Assembly (NCBI GenBank): GCA_965249485.1
Contig: OZ252239.1
Location: 2,912,001 to 2,976,000 of the forward strand
Direction of reading: 5' to 3'
Origin: a bacterium
GTDB lineage: Bacteria > SM23-31
DNA length: 64,000 bases
Below, one piece after another: positions 1-10,068 of the stretch. The notes beneath the pieces are model-generated. The model saw only the letters and a list, made by a program, of their open reading frames with translations, ran no database searches and was not told where the DNA came from. The position numbers were made by a program, and so were the translations under genes. Numbering within the stretch: position 1 is the first letter of the stretch; each line of letters begins with the position of its first letter.

Positions 1-1127
1 CCCGTCGATATGTGTGTCATTGCATTTTCTAAATCAAATTTCGAAATTGCAGCTGCAGAATCACCTCCGCCGATGACCGAAATAGCTCCGGCTTCCGTTG
101 AATCTGCAATGAACTGTGCTAATTCACGAGTCCCGTTTGCAAACGGTTCCATTTCGAAAACACCCATCGGGCCGTTCCATAATATTGTTTGTGCCTCAAT
201 AATATGTTTATAGTAGAGACGAATTGTTTCCGGTCCGATATCCATACCTCTCCAGCCGGAACCAATTTCATCTACATTCACAATTTTTGTTACCGCATCT
301 TCAGAAAAACTATCGGCTATGACACAATCAACCGGTAGGATCAATTTACTTCCCGCTTTCTTAATAGTTTCCCGTGCAACCTCAATTTTATCTCCTTCCA
401 TGAGAGAATCACCGATCTCATATCCAGATGCTTTCAAGAAAGTAAACATCATTCCACCGCCGATTAGAAGTGAATCGGTTAAATCCAACAAATGCTCGAT
501 TACATCAATTTTTGTCGAAACTTTTGCACCCCCGATTATTGCAATAAGCGGATGTTTTGGTTTTTTGAGAATTGTTGAAAGATATTCTATCTCTTTCTGA
601 AGCAGATATCCAGCCGCACATGTGCTTATATAGTTCGTTATCCCTTCTGTGGAAGCATGAGCCCTGTGAGCCGTCCCAAAAGCATCATAGACATAAAGCT
701 CTCCTAATTTGGCCAAACTCATGGAATACTCAGCATCATTGACGGTCTCACCCGGATGAAATCGGACATTTTCGAGAAGAATGCAATCGCCTTCTGAAAG
801 ATTATTGACCATCTGTTCCACCTCCGGACCAATCGAATCGGGAGCAATAGGAATATCTTTACCCATGATTTTACTTAGCCGATCGGCGACCGGTTTCAAC
901 CGCATTGATTCAACGACTTTTCCTTCCGGACGTCCAAGATGCGACATAAGAATTGCTCTTCCGCCATCACCAAGTATCTTTTGAATTGTAGGAAGAGCTG
1001 CACGAATACGGCTGTCATCAGTAATATTCCCCTCATCGTCCATGGGAACATTAAAGTCAACACGTACCAATACTTTCTTCCCTTTTACATCGATATCATC
1101 TACGGTTAATTTGCTTAATTGTCTCAT
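1..1127 (-). CDS. pgk: Phosphoglycerate kinase (3' end runs off the window)
   Basis: Manual translation from ATG at 1127: MRQLSKLTVDDIDVKGKKVLVRVDFNVPM...DDSRIRAALPTI; later DAFGTAHRAHAS, WNGPMGVFE, GGGDSAAA, HISTG. Not in the ORF track because there is no stop in the window. Confidence 0.97.
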   Translation of the reverse strand, partial: MRQLSKLTVDDIDVKGKKVLVRVDFNVPMDDEGNITDDSRIRAALPTIQKILGDGGRAILMSHLGRPEGKVVESMRLKPVADRLSKIMGKDIPIAPDSIGPEVEQMVNNLSEGDCILLENVRFHPGETVNDAEYSMSLAKLGELYVYDAFGTAHRAHASTEGITNYISTCAAGYLLQKEIEYLSTILKKPKHPLIAIIGGAKVSTKIDVIEHLLDLTDSLLIGGGMMFTFLKASGYEIGDSLMEGDKIEVARETIKKAGSKLILPVDCVIADSFSEDAVTKIVNVDEIGSGWRGMDIGPETIRLYYKHIIEAQTILWNGPMGVFEMEPFANGTRELAQFIADSTEAGAISVIGGGDSAAAISKFDLENAMTHIST

Positions 1128-1205
1128 ATCATGACGCTCTGTTTCGTATTAATTCATTATTGTAACACATTTTTAATACCGGTAAATTACCACACAAATA
1201 TAAAG

Positions 1206-2606
1206 TCAAATAATATAATCAGACGTTGAATCGATTGAAGCACTCAACTCATTCCTCATGTGATCATATCCAGTGCGTCCCATCAGTGCATATGTGGCCT
1301 TTTTCCCCTCTTCAACTCCGGGTTGATCAAATGCATTCACCTGAAACAATTCACCGGCATAGGCTGTTTGAAGCTGCAGCATATAGAGCAGTTGACCAAC
1401 AGTAAATGGATTAATTTCAGGAAGTATAATCCTGCAATTCGGGTGTTGATTGTGCGAGAGTGACCAGGCTGTCGCTTTCTGCTCGGTCTGCAATAATTCA
1501 TTCAGCGATCTTTGATCCAGATAGTTCAATGCTGCTTCTTCAGTATAAGGGCAGTTAATTGTTACTGTCTCAGCATACCGCTCAACAGTTACAAAAGTAA
1601 TCATTTTATCATTCGGCCCCTCTACATACAGCTGCAACTGAGAGTGTTGATCCGTAGCACCGAGTGCTTTGACCGGGGTCTGTCCGACATGAACTTCGCG
1701 ACCGCTATTGTTGCATTTCTTCCCAAGGCTTTCTGCCCACAACTGCCGGAACCAGTCTGCAACATCTTTCAATGCCTGAACATAGGGCATCATAACCGCA
1801 ATATTCTTGCCCTTTTGGTACATGAGATAGTGTACAGCGGCAAGCATTGCTGCAGGATTGTTGAAGATATCTGAATTTGAGCACACATCGTCCATAAAGG
1901 CCGCACCTGCCAAAAGCTCTTCAATATCAATACCTGCCGTCACTGCTGATAACAACCCTACAGGAGATAATACCGAAAACCTGCCGCCAACATTTGCAGG
2001 AACAGCAAAAGTCCGGTATTCACCGGAGCGGGCAAGTTTTCTGAGAAAACCATGGTCAGGATCTGTCGTGAAGACAAAGTGCTCATGAGCTTTTTGCTCT
2101 CCGACTGCCTTGGTAACTTCATCTCGAATAATAAGAAAATTAGCGAGTGTTTCAGCTGTACTGCCGGATTTTGTGATAATATTGAAAACAGTTTTTTCAA
2201 TATTAACAGTGTTGATTAAAGCTCGGATCAGATCGGGATCGATATTGTCCGGAAAATATACTTTGAGTCCACCATTTCTTTTTAAACTGGGCAGCTCATT
2301 GTAAAAAGGAGGATTTAAAGCTGTCTGAAGTGCAATGCTAACTAATGCCGACCCTCCGATCCCAACGACAACAAAGGAATCAAAATCTTGTTTTAACCTT
2401 CCGGCACAACCTAATATGTCTTCAACTATTTCATCCTGATACGGAAGTTCGGTAAAACCAAGGAGCTTCTTTTTCCGTAATTCTGCCAGAGAATCATGTG
2501 CTTTCTTAGTGCCAGCAGAAATATACTCCAGATCCTTATGTGACAGTCCATTTGACACTCCCACAACATCGGTAAGCACATTACGATAATCGACCCGAAT
2601 TCGCAT
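1206..2606 (-). CDS. pgi: Glucose-6-phosphate isomerase
   Basis: GIGGS, KSGSTAET, VGGRFSVLS, QLWAESLGK, DQHSQLQ, FDQPGVEEGK motifs; start taken at MRIRVDY (2606) rather than the ORF-track 2693. Confidence 0.95.
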   Translation of the reverse strand: MRIRVDYRNVLTDVVGVSNGLSHKDLEYISAGTKKAHDSLAELRKKKLLGFTELPYQDEIVEDILGCAGRLKQDFDSFVVVGIGGSALVSIALQTALNPPFYNELPSLKRNGGLKVYFPDNIDPDLIRALINTVNIEKTVFNIITKSGSTAETLANFLIIRDEVTKAVGEQKAHEHFVFTTDPDHGFLRKLARSGEYRTFAVPANVGGRFSVLSPVGLLSAVTAGIDIEELLAGAAFMDDVCSNSDIFNNPAAMLAAVHYLMYQKGKNIAVMMPYVQALKDVADWFRQLWAESLGKKCNNSGREVHVGQTPVKALGATDQHSQLQLYVEGPNDKMITFVTVERYAETVTINCPYTEEAALNYLDQRSLNELLQTEQKATAWSLSHNQHPNCRIILPEINPFTVGQLLYMLQLQTAYAGELFQVNAFDQPGVEEGKKATYALMGRTGYDHMRNELSASIDSTSDYII

Positions 2607-2778
2607 CGATTTTTTCCATAGAACATCATTCCATCGAGAATTCATAGTAAGTATCCCAGGACAATTAACAATCCGGAATTCATTTAACAACACTAAGATT
2701 ATTACAATAGCACAGAATCAACTCATTGATAATTATTCTCTACAAAAAGAGTTGCTCAATACATGCTCAATGGTACTA

Positions 2779-3780
2779 TTAATGTGCAATGAATTTAATT
2801 AAATCTTTCACACGGTTCGCATATCCAAATTCGTTATCATACCAAGACATAACCTTTAGAAGGTTACCACTCATGACATGCGTTAATTCTGCATCAAATA
2901 TGGATGAATAAGCCGATCCATTAAAATCGATAGAAACAAGAGGAAGATCGCTGTACGCAAGGTATCCTTTAAGTGAAGTCTCTGATGCTGCTTTCATTGC
3001 ACCGTTCACTTCTTCTTTTGATGTACTTTTTTCAACCTCCACAACAAGGTCAACTATTGAGACATTCGGAGTGGGTACTCGAATTGCCAGGCCGTCCAGT
3101 TTCCCTTTCATTTCAGGAAGGACTAATGCTACTGCTTTTGCTGCGCCTGTTGTTGTCGGGATCATCGACACTGCAGCAGCACGGGCACGCCGCAAATCTG
3201 AGTGAGGAAAATCAAGGATACGCTGATCGTTTGTATATGAGTGGATTGTTGTCATCAGACCGTGTTTGACAAGGAAGTTATCATGCAATACTTTCACAAC
3301 AGGTGCAAGACAATTTGTAGTACAAGAGGCATTTGAAATAATGTGGTGTTTTTCGGCATCGTATACATTTTCGTTCACTCCGAGCACAACTGTCAAATCG
3401 ATATCACCTTTTGTAGGCGCAGAGATAATCACTTTTTTAGCTCCTGCATCACGATGAAGCTGTGCTTTGTCACTCGAAGCAAAAATACCTGTTGACTCAA
3501 CAACAACATCGACATCAAGTTCACCCCAAGGAAGCTGCGCCGGATCACGCTCTGAGAGTATTTGCAGTTTTCTCCCGTCAACGTCAAACGAATTCTCACC
3601 TGTTTCAATGTTTTTCCCCAAGGGTCCATGGACCGAATCGTATGCAAAAAGATGTGCTAAGGTCTTAACATCAGTTAAATCATTGATTGCAACAAATTCA
3701 AGCTCGGGATCTGACAATCCTGCTTTTAAGACCATACGTCCTATTCTACCAAATCCATTAATTCCTACACGAATAGCCAT
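2779..3780 (-). CDS. gap: Type I glyceraldehyde-3-phosphate dehydrogenase
   Basis: [39 protein letters not shown] upstream. Confidence 0.98.
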   Translation of the reverse strand: MAIRVGINGFGRIGRMVLKAGLSDPELEFVAINDLTDVKTLAHLFAYDSVHGPLGKNIETGENSFDVDGRKLQILSERDPAQLPWGELDVDVVVESTGIFASSDKAQLHRDAGAKKVIISAPTKGDIDLTVVLGVNENVYDAEKHHIISNASCTTNCLAPVVKVLHDNFLVKHGLMTTIHSYTNDQRILDFPHSDLRRARAAAVSMIPTTTGAAKAVALVLPEMKGKLDGLAIRVPTPNVSIVDLVVEVEKSTSKEEVNGAMKAASETSLKGYLAYSDLPLVSIDFNGSAYSSIFDAELTHVMSGNLLKVMSWYDNEFGYANRVKDLIKFIAH

Positions 3781-4128
3781 GATATTCTCCTCAATAAATA
3801 ATAATGAATAATATATTTGATGTTTCGTTTTGACGTATAATTAATGCCAAGTCTGAACGTATGCGCTGAGGAAGATTTTACATAAAAAAGAGTCGCCTCG
3901 AAAAGCGGTATGTGTCGAAATGTAACGTAATATTTCTATGGAACAATATACCAATATTATTTGAATTATTCCACATATTTTTAAGGGTAAATCCATGCAT
4001 GAACATATATAGTTAAGAGTGTAAATTTTATGGATTAGTTTTCTTTTAATGCGTATATTTGCCAGATTATTTATGAAAAGTTATTGTGTATTAAGTATTA
4101 TGAATTGTTAATAAAGGAAGTACCTGCT

Positions 4129-5388
4129 ATGATTGATACACTTGCAAATCTTACTGCGGATGAACTGGTTGAATTCGTATTTCAAAAATCGGACAATGAG
4201 ACGATTGCAGATATTAATGAGACAATTGCCCCAAATTATGATCCTTTTGATAGTTTTGTTCTCGTCAATTCCGAGGGGCCGTGGCTCTATACTGATGATG
4301 GCAGAAAATATTTTGACGGTATTTCAGCCTACTCTGCAGCTAATTTAGGTCATAATAATGATTTTGTACGCGAGGTTATTATTGCCTATTTAAATAAAAA
4401 ATCCCCAACAGTACTCGGAAGATTTCTTGCATCTAAACCACTGGCTGTTGCCGGAAAGCTTCTCAAAGAGCTGACCGGATATGAAGTGTTTCTACCTTCA
4501 AACGGTGGTGTCGAAGCACCGGAATCTGCTGTAAAACTTGCTCGTTCATACCATCACCATAAAGGTTATATAAATCCGGAAATTATTATTTTTTCCGGAT
4601 GTTTTCATGGAAGATCGATAACATTTACACAATTTTTGGAAGATGATGTGTCTACGTATGGTTTCGGACCATTCCCAAAAGGCTTTATCAAGGTAAAGTT
4701 TAATGATATTGATGCGGTTAAATCGGTTATTAAAAAAAATACTGCCGCCGTTCTTATCGAACCTGTTCAAGGTGAGGGAGGAATTAATATCCCCGATAAG
4801 GAATTCCTGACTACTCTTCGTCAGTTGTGTGACGAAACAGATACCTTACTCATTTATGATGAAATTCAGACTGGTTGGGGACGTACCGGCAAGATGTTTG
4901 CATGGGAACATACAGGTGTTCGCCCCGACATTCTATGCCTCGGAAAATCGCTGTCTGGAGGATTCATGCCAGTATCCGGCATACTTGCTGACGAAAAGGT
5001 GATGAAAACATTTGTACCCGGATCACACGGATCAACTTTTGGCGGTTCTCCGTTATCAATGATGACTGCTATCGCTTCGGTCGTTGAAACACTTCGCTGC
5101 AAACTACATGAGCGGTCTGCCGAACTAGGTGCTTATGCCCTTTCCCGGCTACAGGAACTTGCAAAGAAATCTCCACATATCAAGGAAGTGCGAGGCCTTG
5201 GATTGATGATTGGTATTGAGTTAGAACATGGGGGAAAAAGTGGTTACGATTTTTCAAATGAGCTTGTTAAGGAAAGATTGATTGTGAAGGAAACACACAA
5301 ATGGGTTATACGGTTTTCACCACCGCTTATTTGTACAAAAGATGATATTGATTATGCAATGTCAATATTTGAAAAGGTGTTGCTGTAA
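4129..5388 (+). CDS. rocD: Class III PLP aminotransferase, ornithine aminotransferase type
   Basis: FHGRS, EPVQGEGG, DEIQTGWGRTG, LGKSLSGG (PLP Lys), HGSTFGG, KETH; AAGGA RBS before ATG 4129. ArgD specificity is not excluded. Confidence 0.8.
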   Translation: MIDTLANLTADELVEFVFQKSDNETIADINETIAPNYDPFDSFVLVNSEGPWLYTDDGRKYFDGISAYSAANLGHNNDFVREVIIAYLNKKSPTVLGRFLASKPLAVAGKLLKELTGYEVFLPSNGGVEAPESAVKLARSYHHHKGYINPEIIIFSGCFHGRSITFTQFLEDDVSTYGFGPFPKGFIKVKFNDIDAVKSVIKKNTAAVLIEPVQGEGGINIPDKEFLTTLRQLCDETDTLLIYDEIQTGWGRTGKMFAWEHTGVRPDILCLGKSLSGGFMPVSGILADEKVMKTFVPGSHGSTFGGSPLSMMTAIASVVETLRCKLHERSAELGAYALSRLQELAKKSPHIKEVRGLGLMIGIELEHGGKSGYDFSNELVKERLIVKETHKWVIRFSPPLICTKDDIDYAMSIFEKVLL

Positions 5389-5440
5389 TAAGGAAAATGT
5401 GGTTGCAATCAGAGGCATTTTTAAAAGGGGTAGTGCTATC

Positions 5441-5680
5441 CTATCCCTTTTTCTTTTTCTTCCAGTCGTTTGCTATGGATTTAAGATCGAGAATTGATGT
5501 TTTTGCGGCTTGTTTGTTTTCTTCAATGATCTTATTATATATCTCTTCGCGGTGAACAATTACATCTCTCGGTGCTTCAATACCGAGGCGCACCTGTCCA
5601 CCCTCAAGATTTATAATCGTGATTTTTATATCGTTACCGATGTTGATGCTTTCGCCTACTTTTCTGGTGAGAACTAACAT
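5441..5680 (-). CDS. csrA: Carbon storage regulator CsrA
   Basis: [15 protein letters not shown]...[19 protein letters not shown] with the C-terminal extension typical of FliW-partnered CsrA; adjacent to fliW. Confidence 0.97.
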   Translation of the reverse strand: MLVLTRKVGESINIGNDIKITIINLEGGQVRLGIEAPRDVIVHREEIYNKIIEENKQAAKTSILDLKSIANDWKKKKKG

Positions 5681-5697
5681 ATACCTTTCCCTGGTTT

Positions 5698-6135
5698 CTA
5701 ATCCTTCATAAATTCGTGATTCGTAGAATATCGGTCATCATCAAGAACAATCTGCTGTCCCAATCCCTGCTTGATATTAACAATCACCGGACCTTTTAGA
5801 TTAGCAGATACCTTCTTTAATTCAGGCCGGATCGTAACAATAGCATAAAGCAAAAGGTCCTGATCTTGAAATTCACCTAAATTATATGCTTCAGCTATTG
5901 AGATAGCAGGTGAATATTCATCAATAACCAGAATTGGACTGATAATTGGAAATGATATGTCTGGGTCATCGATACTCAGAAGCCATTGAAACGGTTTGTA
6001 TTCTTCTAAATCGATGATAACAAATCGCTTTAATTCTTCAAAACCAATTAAACCTTCATGAAAAGTCGTTATCCTATCCGTCTCAACTTTAATTGACCCC
6101 AACTGAGGATTTTCAATTGTAATGTACTTTTCCAT
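5698..6135 (-). CDS. fliW: Flagellar assembly factor FliW
   Basis: F-x-[24 protein letters not shown]...GQQIVL; flgL-fliW-csrA synteny. Confidence 0.93.
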   Translation of the reverse strand: MEKYITIENPQLGSIKVETDRITTFHEGLIGFEELKRFVIIDLEEYKPFQWLLSIDDPDISFPIISPILVIDEYSPAISIAEAYNLGEFQDQDLLLYAIVTIRPELKKVSANLKGPVIVNIKQGLGQQIVLDDDRYSTNHEFMKD

Positions 6136-6141
6136 AGCAAA

Positions 6142-6170
6142 AAGGTATAAAAAATTCTGTTTGATAGCAA
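6142..6170 (-). promoter_or_regulatory. Putative sigma70-type promoter for fliW-csrA
   Basis: Minus strand TTGCTA-N17-TACCTT; the same -10 (TACCTT) with TTGACA-N17 occurs at 47972-48000. Confidence 0.45.
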
Positions 6171-6214
6171 GAAAAAATATTTTTTTACGAATATGCTTTA
6201 GAAGTCGACGATTA

Positions 6215-7135
6215 TCATACTCCGAGGAAATCGATTAGGCTTGGAGAAACAACACGAGCACCGGCGCTGAGGGCCGAGTTGAGCGCATTTTCCTCTGCTT
6301 TAAAAGCAATAAATGCCTCGCCGAAATCGGTATCTTCCAAAGAAGAGAGTGCTGATTGGACTTGAATATTTTGTGAGATAAACCGGTCATCATTAAATGT
6401 GATTAACTGTTTTCTTGTACCGATTTTCAAAAAATTTTGCAGTGTTTGTTCGATGGCACCATTTACATTTTCAATTTTCCCATTGATTCCGCTGGTATCA
6501 TCGGTTTCAAGGAACCCTTTGAGATCGAAGATTAATTGGAATATATCTTCTCCTCCAGAAGTTGACTGGTTAAAAATCTCTTTCCCAGTCAAGTTTACCT
6601 CCACCGTTGTCTGATCATTAATCTGCCTGTTAATTTTGCCGTTATTTCCACGATAACTGGATACTGGCTCACTCGACAATCCATTAATTACGTTCTGATT
6701 CAGTTCAAAAGGTGCACTTTGTGTTTCCGTACCCCCGAATAAATATTTGTTATTAAACTTTGAATTTGCTATTTCATTTAAATTATCTAACACCAGATCG
6801 AGCTGTTGAGCCAGACTACTCCGGACTGTAATAGAATCCGAAGCACCTTCTATTGCTATTTCTTTTACTCCAACCAGAATATCATATATTTGATTCAGTG
6901 CTTCTTCTTGCGCTGTGAGCTGGGTTAATCCATCACCGATATTGTCCTGGAATTGAAAATTACTTTCCAATATTGTCCGCAATTTCATGGCGTTTGCCAT
7001 TGATTCCGGATCATCTGAGGGTCTATTCAGTCTTTTTCCAGTAGCAAGCTGCTCCTGTAGATCAGTAAGACGTTCTCTGCTGTTATTAAGGTTCTCGGTA
7101 ACTGTTCTGAAACGAAAGCTGTCTGTAATTCTCAT
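6215..7135 (-). CDS. flgL: Flagellar hook-associated protein 3
   Basis: MRIT...QLATGKRLNRPSDDP, YLFGGT, C-terminal SLIDFL; follows flgK. Confidence 0.95.
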   Translation of the reverse strand: MRITDSFRFRTVTENLNNSRERLTDLQEQLATGKRLNRPSDDPESMANAMKLRTILESNFQFQDNIGDGLTQLTAQEEALNQIYDILVGVKEIAIEGASDSITVRSSLAQQLDLVLDNLNEIANSKFNNKYLFGGTETQSAPFELNQNVINGLSSEPVSSYRGNNGKINRQINDQTTVEVNLTGKEIFNQSTSGGEDIFQLIFDLKGFLETDDTSGINGKIENVNGAIEQTLQNFLKIGTRKQLITFNDDRFISQNIQVQSALSSLEDTDFGEAFIAFKAEENALNSALSAGARVVSPSLIDFLGV

Positions 7136-7149
7136 GACATACCTTTTGT

Positions 7150-8584
7150 TTAGATATTAATGAGGGTTTCGAACATTTCATCTACTGTCTGGATTAATTT
7201 TGCGCTGCCCTCAAATCCACGCTGAAATTTAATGAGATTCACGAATTCTTCATCGAGACTCACACCCCCTGTGGACTCCCGCAAATTTTTAAACTGATTG
7301 ATCAGGAGGTCCTGATTCAAAACATTGTCGTGTGCATCTTTGGCATCAATTCCTATTTCACTGACAATTGTATTGAAAAAATCAACAAGAGACTCTGTAC
7401 CATTACTGAGTATAAGTTTCTGCTTTAGATCGGCAATTGCTAATGCAATAGTGTTATCACCGGGTGAGCCTGTCGTCTGTATCTCCCCAGTATCCAATAC
7501 AGTATCAACTCTTCGTGCCGCAGCAATATTATTGACATCGTCAACAATTACCTGAGCCAGTTCAATATTAACCGCACTATTGCCGGTGAAAAACAAATTG
7601 TTTTTCGGCACTGCTGGATTGGTACCTTTTATCCCGACACCGATTTTGTGAACATTGTTTACTGAGTCAATAAGATTCTTTGCGAGTTCGTCAAAAAGCC
7701 CTCTGAATTTCGGTATGGCTTCATTTCGTGATTCAATAAGTGCGGCAATACTACCGTCTCTAATCTTAAACTGTTCACCGGTGTTTGAATCAACTATGTT
7801 AGAAACCAAATTTCCATTAATGTTTTGAACGACTACTTCGAGTACTGTGGGAAAATTTGAAGTTACAAGTGAGCGTTCCGAACCGGCTACATTGATTACG
7901 TCATTTTGTTTTTCCAATGCGAAAATATCCATAAGTTCGGACAATTCATCAAGAGACCTGTCTCGCTGATCTCGCAATTCATTTGATGTTCCAGCTGCAA
8001 TCCCCTCTGTAGCAAGAATCTGTCCATTGAGGGTCGCAACTTGCGATGACAATCTGTTTACGTCATCAACGGCACGCTTGAGTTCAAAATCGATATCATC
8101 ACTTAATACAGTAAGTTGTTTATCAATTCTATGAAATGCTTCAGTGACAAGTTTTGCCGATTCACGCAGATTAAATCGAGTTGTTGCATTCTCGGGATCG
8201 TTTGAAAAGCTGTACCAATTGTCAAAATACCGTGATACTAGTGCCCGAAGCCCAAATTCAGAAGGTTCATTAACCGTAACTTCTATCTGAATTGAAAATT
8301 CGCTCTAACGCCGTATTTCTCCCCTTTGTATGGAGTTCATTACGCAGTTGGCGGTCAATGAGGGTGTCCCTGATCCGTCTGACACCTTCTACCTTGACAC
8401 CTGTACCGAAAACTCCTTCCGGCGATACTAAAGGCGCATCTGTTGCGAGATTTACTTCCTGCCGGCTGTATCCTGGAGTATTAACATTCGCAATGTTATT
8501 ACCGGTAACATTGAGCCCGGCGAGTTGAGCTCGGAGTGCTTTTTTTCCAATATCGAACGCTGCTCTTATACCAAAGCCACTCAT
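7150..8584 (-). CDS. flgK: Flagellar hook-associated protein 1, interrupted by one +1 frameshift near 8290
   Basis: N-terminal NNIANVNTPGYSRQ in ORF 8270-8584; removing one base near 8290 gives QIEVTVNEPSEFG...NDPE... continuous with ORF 7150-8052 ending GVSLDEEFVNLIKFQ. The span is 3n+1. Confidence 0.92.
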
Positions 8585-8601
8585 ATCAGCCTACCTGCAC
8601 C

Positions 8602-9114
8602 TTAAACTTTTCTATCCAATAGATTGTTGTTTTTGGGAGCTGTTTTTGCCTTTGAATTTGGAGATACATAGACACCTTTTTCTTCCATCGCACCATAAAA
8701 CACTTGAATGTTTTTGTCAATGAACTGAAGAGAGCGGTTTATGAGGTATTTATTGCTCTTGTTAATGTTTAAAATTTCCTGAATTACTGATTTAAATTTT
8801 CGTTCCAGTTCTCCGAGAGGTCCTGATAATTCTTTGGGAGAATTTTCAATAATAGAAGTTAATTTCAGCTGCTCCGGAACTACACCAAGATAAATCCCGA
8901 TAACTTCAAGTTTTTGGAGCCGCTTTTCTTCAAGTTTATTTATTGAGCTCAGTATCATTTGCTGCTCCCGGATATTTTCATCAAGTCCCACCAAATCCGC
9001 ATTTACCAGAATACCTTTTTGCTTTTTCACAAGATCAAAAACGGCTTTATACATTGCAAATTCTTTTTCAATAATTCCCGATAATTCTCGGACACTTTTT
9101 TCAAGGGATTCCAT
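8602..9114 (-). CDS. flgN: Flagellar export chaperone FlgN
   Basis: Helical 170-aa protein upstream of flgK; LEEKR, N-x-x-N-x-x-LI, Y-x-x...LLDRKV ending. Confidence 0.85.
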   Translation of the reverse strand: MESLEKSVRELSGIIEKEFAMYKAVFDLVKKQKGILVNADLVGLDENIREQQMILSSINKLEEKRLQKLEVIGIYLGVVPEQLKLTSIIENSPKELSGPLGELERKFKSVIQEILNINKSNKYLINRSLQFIDKNIQVFYGAMEEKGVYVSPNSKAKTAPKNNNLLDRKV

Positions 9115-9177
9115 ACGTTTATCAGCTCTATGTTATTAATTTTCAGTCTGTTATGATTTTCGGGTACTACTGTTTAA

Positions 9178-9205
9178 ATATCGACATTTTCTCTGTTCGG
9201 CTTTA
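9178..9205 (-). promoter_or_regulatory. Sigma28 (FliA) promoter for flgN-flgK-flgL
   Basis: Minus strand TAAA-N16-GTCGATAT versus the sigma28/sigmaD consensus TAAA-N15/16-GCCGATAW. Confidence 0.7.
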
Positions 9206-10063
9206 AATTTGTGTCTGCTGCTGAAACTGCTCTTTCATCTTTAAAACATTTTGAATATAATTCCGTGTTTCTGCGTACGGTGGTATCCCGTTATATAATT
9301 TTACAGTACCCGGGCCGGCATTATACGATGCGAGTGCGAGTGAAATATCACCGTTGTTTTCTTCTAGCAGTTTTTTAAGGTACTGTACACCTCCCATGAT
9401 ATTTTCCTTCGGATCAAAAATGTTATTCACGTCAAGTTCCTGAGCGGTTAAATCCATAAGCTGCATTAATCCTTTTGCACCGCTCCGCGATACTGCATCC
9501 GGATGACCGCTGCTTTCCTGTGCAATAACAGCTTTAATGAGGGCAGGATCAACATTGAAGTGTTGAGCAGCGCCGACAATAATGGATTGAAACCTGTTCA
9601 CACGGTTTTCCATTGTTTCATTGACCGGATTTGCATTTGAAATCGGCGATTTATTAATCTCATCTGTTTTCGGGATGTTTTCGGGTTTTGAGTCGAATTC
9701 TCCTTGGTACTTTTTCTCAAGATACTTGACAACCATATCACCAAGCCCAAACGACTTTGACTGCGCTATCTGATCGGCAAGTTTTTCATCAAACATGGAC
9801 ATAAAGACATCCATTGCATAACTATCGCCAAACAGAGAACTTTTTGGAACGGTTTTGCGCATTTCCTTGAGCATTCTCAAGACGAAAAGCGATTCGAAAC
9901 CCTCAGCAGCTTTTTTTATTCCTTCTTTACCCTTTGTACCCTTGAGATTATCAAGCGTACGCTCCATCCGTTTATAATTCGCGGAATTTAGATCTACATC
10001 GCTGTTGAGTTTTGTTATATCTGATAAAGCGCCTAATTTATCCATAAAGCTCACCATGTTCAT
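9203..10063 (-). CDS. flgJ: FlgJ-like rod-binding domain fused to an SLT/GH23 lytic transglycosylase
   Basis: AAEGFESLFVLRMLKEMRKTV...FGLGDMV (rod-binding), then IAQESS, GAKGLMQLM, ALASYNAGPG, PPYAETRNY (SLT); directly downstream of flgI. Confidence 0.85.
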   Translation of the reverse strand: MNMVSFMDKLGALSDITKLNSDVDLNSANYKRMERTLDNLKGTKGKEGIKKAAEGFESLFVLRMLKEMRKTVPKSSLFGDSYAMDVFMSMFDEKLADQIAQSKSFGLGDMVVKYLEKKYQGEFDSKPENIPKTDEINKSPISNANPVNETMENRVNRFQSIIVGAAQHFNVDPALIKAVIAQESSGHPDAVSRSGAKGLMQLMDLTAQELDVNNIFDPKENIMGGVQYLKKLLEENNGDISLALASYNAGPGTVKLYNGIPPYAETRNYIQNVLKMKEQFQQQTQI

Positions 10064-10068
10064 TCCTT

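Noticed and set aside
10..984. Plus-strand ORFs 10-213, 319-600, 781-984 and the many other short antisense ORFs in the track
   Set aside because: They are shadows of well-supported genes on the opposite strand (here pgk) with no recognisable motifs.
4054..4061. TATATTTG as a Bacteroidetes-type -7 promoter element (TAnnTTTG)
   Set aside because: Single occurrence; other promoters in the window look like TTGnnn-N17-TAnnnT and genes use SD sequences.
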